From the NCBI GenBank assembly GCA_008015505.1, contig SSFR01000004.1, positions 15,194 through 79,193 on the forward strand: DNA of 64,000 nt. The letters run 5' to 3'. Both the position numbers and the translations under genes were made by a program. This DNA is from Pedobacter sp. Lineage in GTDB: Bacteria; Bacteroidota; Bacteroidia; Sphingobacteriales; Sphingobacteriaceae. The notes under the pieces were generated by a model that was given only the letters and a program-made list of their open reading frames with translations, had not been told where the DNA came from and made no database searches. Shown here piece after piece: positions 41,022 to 51,310 of this stretch; the stretch's first letter is position 1; every line of letters begins with the position of its first letter.

Positions 41022-42143
41022 CTACCTAACCAAAAGTTCTTTTTCAGTATCAAAACAAGGGTAATCCGTATATCCTTGTTCAGCTCCCCCATAGAATGTA
41101 CTTCTATCTGGTTGAGCTAATGGCCAATGATGCTTCAATCTTTCAGGTAAATCTGGATTAGCAATAAATGGCTCCCCAAAAGCAGCAAGATCTATATTTC
41201 CTTCTACTAATAATTCTTCGGACTTTTCACGGTCTAATCCTCCAGCTAAAATAATAATACCCGAATACCACGACCGAAAACGTGCTAAAAAGCCTTCTGG
41301 AAGTGCATAACTACCTCTTGATTTCTGGTCCATAATATGAATATAAGCGATATTACGCTTAGCTAATTCCTGAGTAAGATAATAATAGAGTGGTTCGATC
41401 TCCTCATAATGCGGGGAGTCATGAAGACCTCCATAAGGTGACAAACGAACTGCAACTCGCTCATAACCAATTTTTTCAGCACAAGTATCAACGGTCTCTA
41501 AAAGAAAACGACAGCGATTTTCAATAGTTCCTCCGTACTGATCCACTCGATTATTGATGAACGGATTTAAGAACTGTTCAATTAAATAGCCATTGGCACC
41601 ATGTAGTTCTATACCATCAAAACCTGCTTTTATCGCATTAGATGAAGCTTGGGCAAAATCCACTTCTACCTGCTTAATCTCCTGGCTAGACAAAGGCCGC
41701 GGCTGTGAACAACTGACAAAGTTTTCATTGCCATCTTCATCATAACCCCAAGAAAAAGAGGTAACAGCTCGTATATCAGAAGGTCCAACTGGAAGCTGCC
41801 TGTTAGGCTGATTAGAAACATGAGAAATACGCCCTACATGCCAAAGTTGAGCAAAAACCATACTTCCTTCCCCATGAATGGCTTGTGTTACTAATTTCCA
41901 ACCCTCTGTTTGCTCTGCCGTATGAAGCCCTGGAATACGCAATACACCCACAGAAGTTTCAGAAATAGCCGCTCCTTCCGTGATGATTAGCCCAGCCCCC
42001 GAACGCTGGCGATAATACTCCGCATTCATTGAAGTGGGGACCCCTTTGTCTGGATTTCTAGCACGAGTCATGGGCGCCATGACAATCCTATTTTTTAACT
42101 GAAGAGATTGTTTCTTAAATGGTTCAAATAGCATATGAGTCAA
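41022..42143 (-). CDS. Old yellow enzyme / alkene reductase (NemA-like NADH:flavin oxidoreductase)
   Basis: KNRIVMAPMTRAR, QLWHVGRISH, GFDGIELHGANGYL and NPDLP motifs. Confidence 0.93.
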   Translation of the reverse strand: MTHMLFEPFKKQSLQLKNRIVMAPMTRARNPDKGVPTSMNAEYYRQRSGAGLIITEGAAISETSVGVLRIPGLHTAEQTEGWKLVTQAIHGEGSMVFAQLWHVGRISHVSNQPNRQLPVGPSDIRAVTSFSWGYDEDGNENFVSCSQPRPLSSQEIKQVEVDFAQASSNAIKAGFDGIELHGANGYLIEQFLNPFINNRVDQYGGTIENRCRFLLETVDTCAEKIGYERVAVRLSPYGGLHDSPHYEEIEPLYYYLTQELAKRNIAYIHIMDQKSRGSYALPEGFLARFRSWYSGIIILAGGLDREKSEELLVEGNIDLAAFGEPFIANPDLPERLKHHWPLAQPDRSTFYGGAEQGYTDYPCFDTEKELLVR

Positions 42144-42254
42144 TTAAAGGTTAAAAAACAACTGATATATTTTTAAATAGTTACCAAACTCACAACGCTG
42201 TATCTATTTATAAAGTATCACCTATATCAAAAAATGACTCATTAATGAAATATT

Positions 42255-43781
42255 CTAGCTTGATTTTAAATTGCCCTCTTGCTGCGCCGCTTTACGTATG
42301 ACACTATGTTTAATACTATAAGTAAAATAAATAATCAGACCAATGATCATCCAAATAATTAATCGTTCCCAGTTATGCCTACCTAATCCGAGCATCATTG
42401 TCAAGCAGACCACTATTCCGAGAATAGGTACAAAAGGCATAAAAGGTGTTTTGAATGGACGATGACGTCCCGGATCTGTTTTACGTAGAATAAGCACCCC
42501 TAAACATACCAAAGCAAAGGCAAAAAGCGTACCAATACTGGTCATATCACCCACCACATCCCCGGGAACAAAGGAGGAAAATATACCAGCGAAGAGAAAA
42601 AATATCAAATTGGACCGATAAGGTGTTCGATATTTAGGATGCAAATCAGAAAATGCTTTGGGAATCAGACCATCTTTTGACATGCTAAAAAATACCCGAG
42701 ACTGACCCAACAACAATACCAATATAACCGAAGTAAAACCAGCCAAGATCGCCACACTAACCAATGTGGCTAGCCAATGATAACCATGCATGTAAGTATC
42801 TATCGCATAAACTACGGATGCCTCCTTTCCCACTGTTTCAAACTCTTTATAACTGGCAACCCCAGTTAATACGTGTCCAAAAAGCACGTACAAGACTGTA
42901 CAAATACCCAAAGACACGAGCATCCCAATGGGTAAATCCCTCTTAGGGTCTTTAGCCTCTTGGGCTGCTGTTGAAACGGCATCAAATCCAATAAAAGCAA
43001 AAAACACCACACCTGCAGCACTAATAACCCCACTCCATCCAAACTTCCCAAACCAGCCACTCGAGATATAATCCCAAAAGCCAATCTCCCCACTAATTAG
43101 CTTTTTTTCGCCCAGATTCTCAGGAATATATGGCATATGATTAGCAGGATTGATAAACCCCCACCCAATAGCAATAAATGCAATAACAATGGCTACTTTG
43201 AGAATAACCATGATATCGTTTACTGTTGCCGACTCCTCAATTCCTCGTATCAAAATCAAAGAAACCACTCCAATAATCAATAAAGCAGGAATATTAATCA
43301 GCCCGTGTTCTCCATGAATTGACATTTGAAAAGGCGAATGACACCAGGCATAGGGAATAGTTATACCAAAAGTTTCGAGCAACTTATTCAAATACTCCGA
43401 CCAGGCAATAGAAACTGTGGCAGCTCCCAATGCATACTCTAAAACTAAGTCCCAACCAATGATCCAAGCAAGGGTCTCACCCATAGTTGCATAAGTATAG
43501 GTATAAGCACTCCCTGCAATGGGAATCATCGAAGCGAATTCTGCATAACATAGCCCAGCTAATGCACAACCTATTGCGGCCAAAATAAAACCAAACGTAA
43601 CAGCTGGACCTGCATGATCTGCCGCTGCAGCAGCTGTTCGAACAAATAATCCCGCCCCAATGATTGCCCCAATACCCAGTGCAATTAAGTTTCCAGGGCC
43701 TAAAGTACGTTTAAGCGTATCCTCCCCAGCTTCTGAGGCCTCTATCAATAAACGATCCATAGATTTCTTAAATCTCATCAT
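42255..43781 (-). CDS. APC/CAT-type amino acid permease, array copy 5
   Basis: Same motifs; only 63 bp downstream of copy 6. Confidence 0.95.
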   Translation of the reverse strand: MMRFKKSMDRLLIEASEAGEDTLKRTLGPGNLIALGIGAIIGAGLFVRTAAAAADHAGPAVTFGFILAAIGCALAGLCYAEFASMIPIAGSAYTYTYATMGETLAWIIGWDLVLEYALGAATVSIAWSEYLNKLLETFGITIPYAWCHSPFQMSIHGEHGLINIPALLIIGVVSLILIRGIEESATVNDIMVILKVAIVIAFIAIGWGFINPANHMPYIPENLGEKKLISGEIGFWDYISSGWFGKFGWSGVISAAGVVFFAFIGFDAVSTAAQEAKDPKRDLPIGMLVSLGICTVLYVLFGHVLTGVASYKEFETVGKEASVVYAIDTYMHGYHWLATLVSVAILAGFTSVILVLLLGQSRVFFSMSKDGLIPKAFSDLHPKYRTPYRSNLIFFLFAGIFSSFVPGDVVGDMTSIGTLFAFALVCLGVLILRKTDPGRHRPFKTPFMPFVPILGIVVCLTMMLGLGRHNWERLIIWMIIGLIIYFTYSIKHSVIRKAAQQEGNLKSS

Positions 43782-43844
43782 ACCAAATGATTAATACTCA
43801 TCTAAATCAGCTAGTTTCTAGTCATTATTGATACTATTCAATTA

Positions 43845-45353
43845 TCAAGCTTCTTTAAGCTTCTTTCGCACGATACTATTTTTTACACTATAAGAAAAGT
43901 AAATGATTAAACCTATTGCCATCCAAACAAACAAACGTTCCCAATTGTGCTTTCCTAGTCCAAGCATCATCGTTACACACACTAGCATACCTAATATGGG
44001 TACTACAGGCATAAAAGGAGTTTTAAATGGACGATGACGATGTGGATCAGTTTTACGCAAAACCAAGATTCCCAGACACACAAGTGAAAACGCAAATAAA
44101 GTACCTATACTCGTCATGTCGCCCACCACATCCCCCGGTATAAAAGCAGCAAAAGCACCAACGAACACAAGAAATATATAATTCGACTTATAAGGAGTCT
44201 TAAACTTAGGATGTAAAGCTGAAAATGTTTTGGGTATTAATCCATCTTTTGACATACTAAAAAACACCCTCGATTGTCCTAATAACATTACCAATATAAC
44301 CGAAGTAAAACCAGCCAAAATAGCCACTGTCACTAACGTAGATAACCATGGATATCCATGCATATAAGTAGCAATTACATAAGCTACTGAAGCCTCTTTA
44401 CCTGGCCCTGAAAATTCTTCATAATTAGCCACTCCTGTTAATACATGGCCAAAAAGCACGTACAAGACTGTACAAATACCTAAAGACACGAGCATCCCAA
44501 TGGGCATATCTTTTTTGGGATTTTTAGATTCCTGTGCAGCAGTTGAAACGGCATCAAAACCAATGAAGGCAAAAAACACAACCCCTGCTGCACTAATAAT
44601 TCCACTCCAACCAAACTTTCCAAACCAGCCACTCGAGATATAATCCCAAAAGCCAACCTCACCATTTATTAGCTTTTCTTCACCCAGATTCTCAGGAATA
44701 TATGGCATATGATTCGATGGATTCATATACTTCCAACCGATGGCAATAAAGGCAACAACAATAGCAACCTTTACAATAACCATCAGATTATTTAATGTAG
44801 CGGACTCTTCAATCCCACGAACTAAAACTAAAGTGATCATTACAATGATCAATAGGGCTGGAAGATTGATTAGTCCAGCCACCCCATCTGCTGAAACTTG
44901 GAGGGGAGAATGACAATATTGATACGGAATATGAATACCGAAAGAAGACCCAAGTAATCGATTAAGATATTCTGACCAAGCAATAGAAACTGTGGCAGCT
45001 CCCAAGGCATATTCTAAAACTAAATCCCATCCAATTACCCAAGCAACCACCTCTCCCATGGTTGCATAAGAATAAGTATAGGCACTACCAGCAATGGGAA
45101 TCATCGAAGCAAACTCAGCATAGCATAAGCCCGCTAATGCACACCCAATTGCTGCCAACACAAAGCCCAAAGTAACCGCCGGACCAGCATGTTCTGCTGC
45201 CGCTGCTGCTGTTCGAACAAATAACCCAGCCCCAATAATGGCCCCAACCCCCAAGGCAACTAAATTTCCAGGGCCTAAAGTACGCTTGAGTGTATGCTCC
45301 CCACTCTCAGATGCTTCTAAAAGAAGGTGGTCTAAAGATTTTTTAAATTTCAT
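43845..45353 (-). CDS. APC/CAT-type amino acid permease, array copy 6
   Basis: Same motifs; most similar to copy 5. Confidence 0.95.
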   Translation of the reverse strand: MKFKKSLDHLLLEASESGEHTLKRTLGPGNLVALGVGAIIGAGLFVRTAAAAAEHAGPAVTLGFVLAAIGCALAGLCYAEFASMIPIAGSAYTYSYATMGEVVAWVIGWDLVLEYALGAATVSIAWSEYLNRLLGSSFGIHIPYQYCHSPLQVSADGVAGLINLPALLIIVMITLVLVRGIEESATLNNLMVIVKVAIVVAFIAIGWKYMNPSNHMPYIPENLGEEKLINGEVGFWDYISSGWFGKFGWSGIISAAGVVFFAFIGFDAVSTAAQESKNPKKDMPIGMLVSLGICTVLYVLFGHVLTGVANYEEFSGPGKEASVAYVIATYMHGYPWLSTLVTVAILAGFTSVILVMLLGQSRVFFSMSKDGLIPKTFSALHPKFKTPYKSNYIFLVFVGAFAAFIPGDVVGDMTSIGTLFAFSLVCLGILVLRKTDPHRHRPFKTPFMPVVPILGMLVCVTMMLGLGKHNWERLFVWMAIGLIIYFSYSVKNSIVRKKLKEA

Positions 45354-45526
45354 AAGGTTTACTAATTCGTTTGTATTTCTAATTCGCTTATCTCATGATG
45401 ACGAACCGTAAACATATATTATTTTACTTTAATGACATAATAAATATTTTTAATTAATAAAAATTAACAAATATTAAAACAAAACATTCTTCAGCTAAAA
45501 AGTCATATCAAAAAACCATCTAAAAT

Positions 45527-45566
45527 AAAACAAGCCCCGCACATAGTTATGTGCGGGGCTTGTTTT
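45527..45566. terminator. Intrinsic terminator of hppA (18-bp stem)
   Basis: aaaacaagccccgcacat-agtt-atgtgcggggcttgtttt. Confidence 0.85.
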
Positions 45567-45593
45567 CATAAATTTATACTAAAAAATTCTTAT

Positions 45594-47813
45594 CTAAAGC
45601 GCTTTCTTACAACATACTTGAGTAGGGGAAAAAGCTTTCACCTGAGGAGTTGTTAGCTCCGTTTTTACCTGTTCTCCTTTGTTGGCGACATGGGTGTCAC
45701 CTTGCGAAATATGAGGTGCAATGATGAGTGATACAATAGACATGAGTTTGATCAAGATATTCATCGATGGCCCAGAGGTATCCTTAAATGGGTCTCCCAC
45801 TGTATCACCTGTTACAGATGCTTTATGTGGTTCCGATTTTTTGTAATACATCTCACCATTAATTTCCACTCCTTTCTCAAACGATTTTTTCGCATTATCC
45901 CAAGCTCCACCAGCATTTGACTGAAACATGCCCATCAATACCCCCGATACCGTCACTCCTGCTAACAATCCACCTAATACCTCTGGGCCAAAGGAAAAAC
46001 CAACTATGACAGGAACTAATAGCGCTATTCCCCCAGGTAGCATCATCTCACGAATAGACGCTCGGGTAGAAATAGCCACGCATTTCTCATACTCCGGTTT
46101 GGCCTTGTATTCCATAATTCCGGGTATTTCACGAAACTGACGCCTGACTTCATTCACCATATCCATGGCAGCCCGACCTACAGCAGAGATACACAAAGCA
46201 GAAAAAATAAAAGGAATCATTCCACCAACAAATAGTCCTGCTAGCACATTGGCCTTATAAATATCAATGTGACTAATACCAGCAATACCTACAAAAGCAG
46301 CAAATAATGCGAGTGAAGTTAAAGCAGCTGACGCAATGGCAAAACCCTTACCTGTTGCTGCTGTCGTATTTCCTACCGCATCGAGATTATCGGTACGTTC
46401 CCGTACTTGAGGAGGCAATCCACTCATTTCGGCAATCCCTCCTGCATTATCTGCAATAGGACCAAATGCATCAATTGCTAATTGCATCGCCGTTGTAGCC
46501 ATCATACCTGCTGCAGCAATCGCAACTCCATACAAACCCGCAAAGTAATAGGATCCATAAATGCCCGCAGCAAGTACCAAAATAGGTAATACCGTCGATT
46601 CCATCCCAACGGCTAATCCGGCGATAATATTGGTTGCATGTCCCGTAGACGATTGCTTAATAATAGATAAAACCGGGCGTTTACCCATCGCTGTGTAATA
46701 TTCCGTAATTAGACTCATCAAAGCCCCAACAACCAAACCCACCATAATCGAAAAAAAGACATCCATTTTTGTGAATTGAAAGTCACGGATAGTCATTACT
46801 CCAGGCAGTAACCACTGCACAGCGAAAAAAGCCGCAATGGCCGTCATGATGATCGAAGACCAATTACCCATATTCAGCGCTCTTTGTACACTATCTGTTT
46901 CTTTATCAATACGAACAAATGAAGTAGCTATGATCGAAAAAATTAATCCCAATCCAGCAATCAACATTGGTAAAAGAATTGGAGCAATTCCACCAAAGTC
47001 GTCGACAGAAACAATCTCTCGGCCCAACACCATCGTGGCAAGGATAGTTGCTACATATGAGCCAAACAAATCCGCACCCATCCCAGCGACATCCCCCACA
47101 TTATCTCCTACGTTATCTGCAATAGTTGCCGGATTACGAACATCATCCTCAGGAATACCCGCTTCTACTTTTCCAACCAGATCAGCACCCACATCAGCAG
47201 CCTTCGTATAAATACCCCCACCAACACGCGCAAATAAAGCAATTGACTCCGCACCTAAAGAAAATCCAGCCAGTACTTCGAGTGCTTTCTCCATCTCTTT
47301 CCCATTCACACTACCACCTGTCTGAACAACATATATCTGATAGAATACCATAAACAGAGCCCCCAAACCCAAAACAGCCAAACCAGCCACGCCAATCCCC
47401 ATCACACTTCCCCCCGTAAACGAAACACTTAATGCTTTGGCCAGACTAGTTCTAGCCGCTTGTGTGGTGCGCACATTAGCTTTGGTTGCAATTCGCATCC
47501 CCAGATATCCAGCAAATGCCGAGGTACACGCGCCAATGATGAATGAAATGGCAATCACACAACTTGAAGTTTCAACCAAAGTACCTGAATAAGCTAAGAT
47601 AATAGACGCAATGATGACAAAATAGGTCAACACCTTCCATTCTGCACGCAAAAAAGCCATTGCACCGTCGGCGATGTGACCAGCTAATACATTCATTTTA
47701 TCATCACCAACCTCTTGCTTGGTTACCCAAGCCGATTTAACTAACATGACCACGATACCAATGAGTCCAAAGACAGGAATAGCGTATATCAAATTGTTTT
47801 GCAAAAAATTCAT
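45594..47813 (-). CDS. hppA: Membrane ion-translocating pyrophosphatase, K+-dependent type
   Basis: [35 protein letters not shown] and [14 protein letters not shown] motifs. Confidence 0.96.
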   Translation of the reverse strand: MNFLQNNLIYAIPVFGLIGIVVMLVKSAWVTKQEVGDDKMNVLAGHIADGAMAFLRAEWKVLTYFVIIASIILAYSGTLVETSSCVIAISFIIGACTSAFAGYLGMRIATKANVRTTQAARTSLAKALSVSFTGGSVMGIGVAGLAVLGLGALFMVFYQIYVVQTGGSVNGKEMEKALEVLAGFSLGAESIALFARVGGGIYTKAADVGADLVGKVEAGIPEDDVRNPATIADNVGDNVGDVAGMGADLFGSYVATILATMVLGREIVSVDDFGGIAPILLPMLIAGLGLIFSIIATSFVRIDKETDSVQRALNMGNWSSIIMTAIAAFFAVQWLLPGVMTIRDFQFTKMDVFFSIMVGLVVGALMSLITEYYTAMGKRPVLSIIKQSSTGHATNIIAGLAVGMESTVLPILVLAAGIYGSYYFAGLYGVAIAAAGMMATTAMQLAIDAFGPIADNAGGIAEMSGLPPQVRERTDNLDAVGNTTAATGKGFAIASAALTSLALFAAFVGIAGISHIDIYKANVLAGLFVGGMIPFIFSALCISAVGRAAMDMVNEVRRQFREIPGIMEYKAKPEYEKCVAISTRASIREMMLPGGIALLVPVIVGFSFGPEVLGGLLAGVTVSGVLMGMFQSNAGGAWDNAKKSFEKGVEINGEMYYKKSEPHKASVTGDTVGDPFKDTSGPSMNILIKLMSIVSLIIAPHISQGDTHVANKGEQVKTELTTPQVKAFSPTQVCCKKAL

Positions 47814-48040
47814 GTAAACGAGTTTTAATTTTTATTCAATTTCAGTTTGACCGGCTAAAGTAAGCTGGTTAATCTATTATTCAAAAAATTTATGCCATTC
47901 ATTTCCTGAATTCAAGAATCAAGCCCCACTTTATCATTCCATGGTTGACAACATTAAAAAAAATTAAATAAGTTATAGGAAATAAACCCAAATTTGACAT
48001 TTTTTTAGATATATTGGCGACCGTTTAAAAAAATTATAAA

Positions 48041-49456
48041 ATGGATGAAGTTTTAGAAGAAGGTAAAATGAAACGAGAGGTAAGTCTATTAGACGCCGTT
48101 TCACTCGTTGCAGGAAGTATGATTGGTTCTGGTATTTTTATTGTGTCAGCTGATATTACAAGGCACGTTGGGTCTGCTGGTTGGTTACTTGGTATTTGGG
48201 CAATTACGGGTATCATGACTTTAATCGCAGCCATAAGTTATGGTGAACTAGGAGCGATGTTCCCCAAAGCAGGTGGACAGTATCTTTTTTTAAAAGAAGC
48301 TTATAGCGATTTTGTTGGTTTTTTATATGGATGGAGCTTCTTTGCGGTCATTCAAACAGGATCCATTGCAGCAGTGGGTGTTGCTTTTTCAAAATTCACC
48401 TCATACCTTATTCCCCAAATCAATGAAGAAATGATCCTCATTGCCCTTGGACCATTACAACTATCATCTGCTCAACTTCTTGCTTTAGCAATAATTGTCT
48501 TACTCACATACGTTAATACAAGAGGTGTGAAAGAAGGTAAATCTGTTCAAACCTTCCTCACCGTGATCAAAATAGCTTGCTTACTTGGGATTATTGTTTT
48601 TGGTCTCTGGGCATTAAAGCCAGAGATATGGACTAGCAACTGGCAAAATGCCTGGCCCATGCGTAAAATGAATATTGATGGCTCTTTTGAATCGTACACA
48701 ATGGTTGCTGCATTGGGTGCCATTGCAGCTGCAATGGTTGGCTCTGTTTTCAGTTCCGACTCTTGGCACGCTGCAACAGCGGTCGCTGGAGAAATTAAGA
48801 ATCCGCAGCGCAATGTCGGTTTAAGCTTATTCATTGGCGCTTTAACAGTGATTATTATTTATATCATCATCAATATTGTTTATTTAGGCGTATTACCACT
48901 AAACGAAATTGCTTTTGCAAAAAATGATCGCGTTGGCGTTGCTGCGGCAGATATCATATTTGGAACCACAGGCACCTCTATTATTGCCGCTATGATTATG
49001 ATTTCTTGTTTTGGTTGTGCTAACGGTCTAATTCTAGCAGGCCCAAGGGTATATTATACGATGGCAAAGGATGGACTATTTTTTGAAAAGGTAGCTCATC
49101 TCAACAAAAATGGTGTTCCTTCATTTGGTTTATGGGTACAGTGTTTAGTTGCCTGTGCACTCTGCCTAAGTGGAAGATATGGTGACCTATTAGATATGGT
49201 TTGTTTCGTTGTCGTACTGTTCTATATATTAAATATATTGGGTATTTATAGACTACGAATTACACGACCAAATGCACCCAGACCATACAAGGCATTTGGA
49301 TATCCTATTTTACCGGCCATTTATGTTTTATTAGCCTCGGCTTTCTGCATTTTATTGGTTTTTTACAAACCCAATTACACCTGGCCAGGCCTACTTATTG
49401 TTTTGACAGGAGTGCCCATTTACTTGCTCTGGAAACGTAAATTAGCCGCACATTAA
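48041..49456 (+). CDS. APC amino acid permease of a different (LAT/SteT-like) subfamily
   Basis: GSMIGSGIF, YGELGAMFPKAGGQY, GEIKNPQRN and GPRVYYTMAKDG motifs. Confidence 0.92.
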   Translation: MDEVLEEGKMKREVSLLDAVSLVAGSMIGSGIFIVSADITRHVGSAGWLLGIWAITGIMTLIAAISYGELGAMFPKAGGQYLFLKEAYSDFVGFLYGWSFFAVIQTGSIAAVGVAFSKFTSYLIPQINEEMILIALGPLQLSSAQLLALAIIVLLTYVNTRGVKEGKSVQTFLTVIKIACLLGIIVFGLWALKPEIWTSNWQNAWPMRKMNIDGSFESYTMVAALGAIAAAMVGSVFSSDSWHAATAVAGEIKNPQRNVGLSLFIGALTVIIIYIIINIVYLGVLPLNEIAFAKNDRVGVAAADIIFGTTGTSIIAAMIMISCFGCANGLILAGPRVYYTMAKDGLFFEKVAHLNKNGVPSFGLWVQCLVACALCLSGRYGDLLDMVCFVVVLFYILNILGIYRLRITRPNAPRPYKAFGYPILPAIYVLLASAFCILLVFYKPNYTWPGLLIVLTGVPIYLLWKRKLAAH

Positions 49457-49466
49457 TTCATTTCCA

Positions 49467-51254
49467 ATGAATCGACTCCTATGGATACTGCTCACCCCAT
49501 TAATGGCCATGACACTAGCTACTAATGCCCAAACAAACGTGACGTTTGAGGTTTCTTTCACGGAACCTCAAGCGCACTATGTCGATGTAGTTATGAACAT
49601 TTCAAATATCCATAGTGATCATCTTGAAGTGAAAATGCCAGTATGGGCTCCTGGATCCTACTTGGTCCGTGAGTTTGCTAAAAATGTGGAGTGGTTTAGT
49701 GCAACTGATGCAGAGGGGGGAAAACTTCCTTTTGTAAAAAGCAGCAAAAATACTTGGAATATCAAGACCTTGAAAAACAAAAGCATCCGAATTAATTACC
49801 GGGTATATGCTTTTGAAATATCGGTGCGCACCAGCTTTGTAGATAGTTCTCATGCCTTTTTATCACCCACGGGAGTATTTATGTATATCCCGGGACAAAT
49901 TGAACAAGCTGCAACAGTTACCATTCACCCCATTCCGGCATGGAATAAAATTTCAACAGGCCTAGAACCAATTCAGGGTCAAACCAATACTTTTTATGCT
50001 CCTAATTTTGACATCCTATTTGATTCACCGATTGAAATAGGCACACAGGATGTATTTGAATTTATGGCTGCTGGCGTAAAACACGAAGTGGCTATGTATG
50101 GAGGTGGTAATTATGATCAGGAGCGATTAAAGCACGACATGGCGAAAATCGTCGAAGCAGAAACAAACATTTTTGCGATCAATCCCAACAAACACTATGT
50201 ATTTATTGTACACAACTATAATTCTGCTGGAGGGGGCCTAGAACATTTAAACTCCACCGTACTAGGCATGTCTAGACAGAATTATGCAGATGAGGTAGGA
50301 TATAATAATTTCCTTGGATTAGTTGCCCATGAATATTTTCATCTGTGGAATGTCAAACGTCTGCGGCCACTGGCACTAGGACCATTCAACTATGACCAGG
50401 AAAATTATACCACCAATCTGTGGATATCAGAAGGATTTACAGAATATTATGGCAATCTAGCTGTACATCGTGCAGGTATTTATTCTTTCGAAAAGTACTT
50501 GCAAATACTAGCCAATGATATCAACACGGTAGCCAACCAGCCTGGAGATCGAGTACAGCCTGTTAGTGAAGCTAGCTTTGATGCCTGGATAAAGTCTTAC
50601 CGTCCCAACGAAAATTCCAAAAATTCCACCATCTCTTATTACGATAAAGGGGCTATAGTGGCCTTAGTGATGGATTTGGAAATTTTACAGGCTACTAATG
50701 GTGCTAAAAGTTTAGACGATGTGATGAAAACCATGTATGAAGAATATGCCCTTAAGCTACATCGAGGATTTACTGATTCGGAGTTCAAAGCTGTGGCTGA
50801 ACACACTGCCGGTCATTCTCTGGAAGAAATCTATAGCCGCTATATCAATGGGACCCAACCGATCGATTTCAATCAGTATTTTGATGCTGTAGGCCTAAAA
50901 CTAATTGATGACTTAGCGAACAAAAATGACCCTTATTTGGGAACCACAACAGCCATTAAGGATGGTAAAATCATCATCACAAATATCGCCCGTGGCAGTG
51001 CCGCCTGGACTAGTGGGCTCAATGTGAATGACGAAATTATCGGCATTGATGGCAATCGGGTCAGCGATCTCGACAAACTGATCGCTATGAAAAGGGTCGG
51101 TCAAAAAATTTCCGTGCTAGTTAGTCGCGATGCCTTGTTGAAAACCATCGAACTTACATTAACCAGAAATCCAACAGTAAAATATAAAATCGTCTCTGTA
51201 GAAAATGCCAATGAGACACAACTTGCCCTACGAAAGAAATGGCTGCATCTTTAA
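49467..51254 (+). CDS. M61 glycyl aminopeptidase with PDZ domain and signal peptide
   Basis: Signal peptide, MPVWAPGSYLVREF, GGGLEH, AHEYFHLWN (HExxH), SEGFTEY and YYDKGA motifs. Confidence 0.93.
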   Translation: MNRLLWILLTPLMAMTLATNAQTNVTFEVSFTEPQAHYVDVVMNISNIHSDHLEVKMPVWAPGSYLVREFAKNVEWFSATDAEGGKLPFVKSSKNTWNIKTLKNKSIRINYRVYAFEISVRTSFVDSSHAFLSPTGVFMYIPGQIEQAATVTIHPIPAWNKISTGLEPIQGQTNTFYAPNFDILFDSPIEIGTQDVFEFMAAGVKHEVAMYGGGNYDQERLKHDMAKIVEAETNIFAINPNKHYVFIVHNYNSAGGGLEHLNSTVLGMSRQNYADEVGYNNFLGLVAHEYFHLWNVKRLRPLALGPFNYDQENYTTNLWISEGFTEYYGNLAVHRAGIYSFEKYLQILANDINTVANQPGDRVQPVSEASFDAWIKSYRPNENSKNSTISYYDKGAIVALVMDLEILQATNGAKSLDDVMKTMYEEYALKLHRGFTDSEFKAVAEHTAGHSLEEIYSRYINGTQPIDFNQYFDAVGLKLIDDLANKNDPYLGTTTAIKDGKIIITNIARGSAAWTSGLNVNDEIIGIDGNRVSDLDKLIAMKRVGQKISVLVSRDALLKTIELTLTRNPTVKYKIVSVENANETQLALRKKWLHL

Positions 51255-51310
51255 GCAGTCAAAGTTTGTACTTTTAATCCCACAGAATTTTACCCAACCA
51301 GCTTACCCCC

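Noticed and set aside
33700-45353. Permease array as an assembly artefact or pseudogene cluster
   Set aside because: The copies differ extensively at nucleotide and protein level, have distinct spacers, and all are full length.
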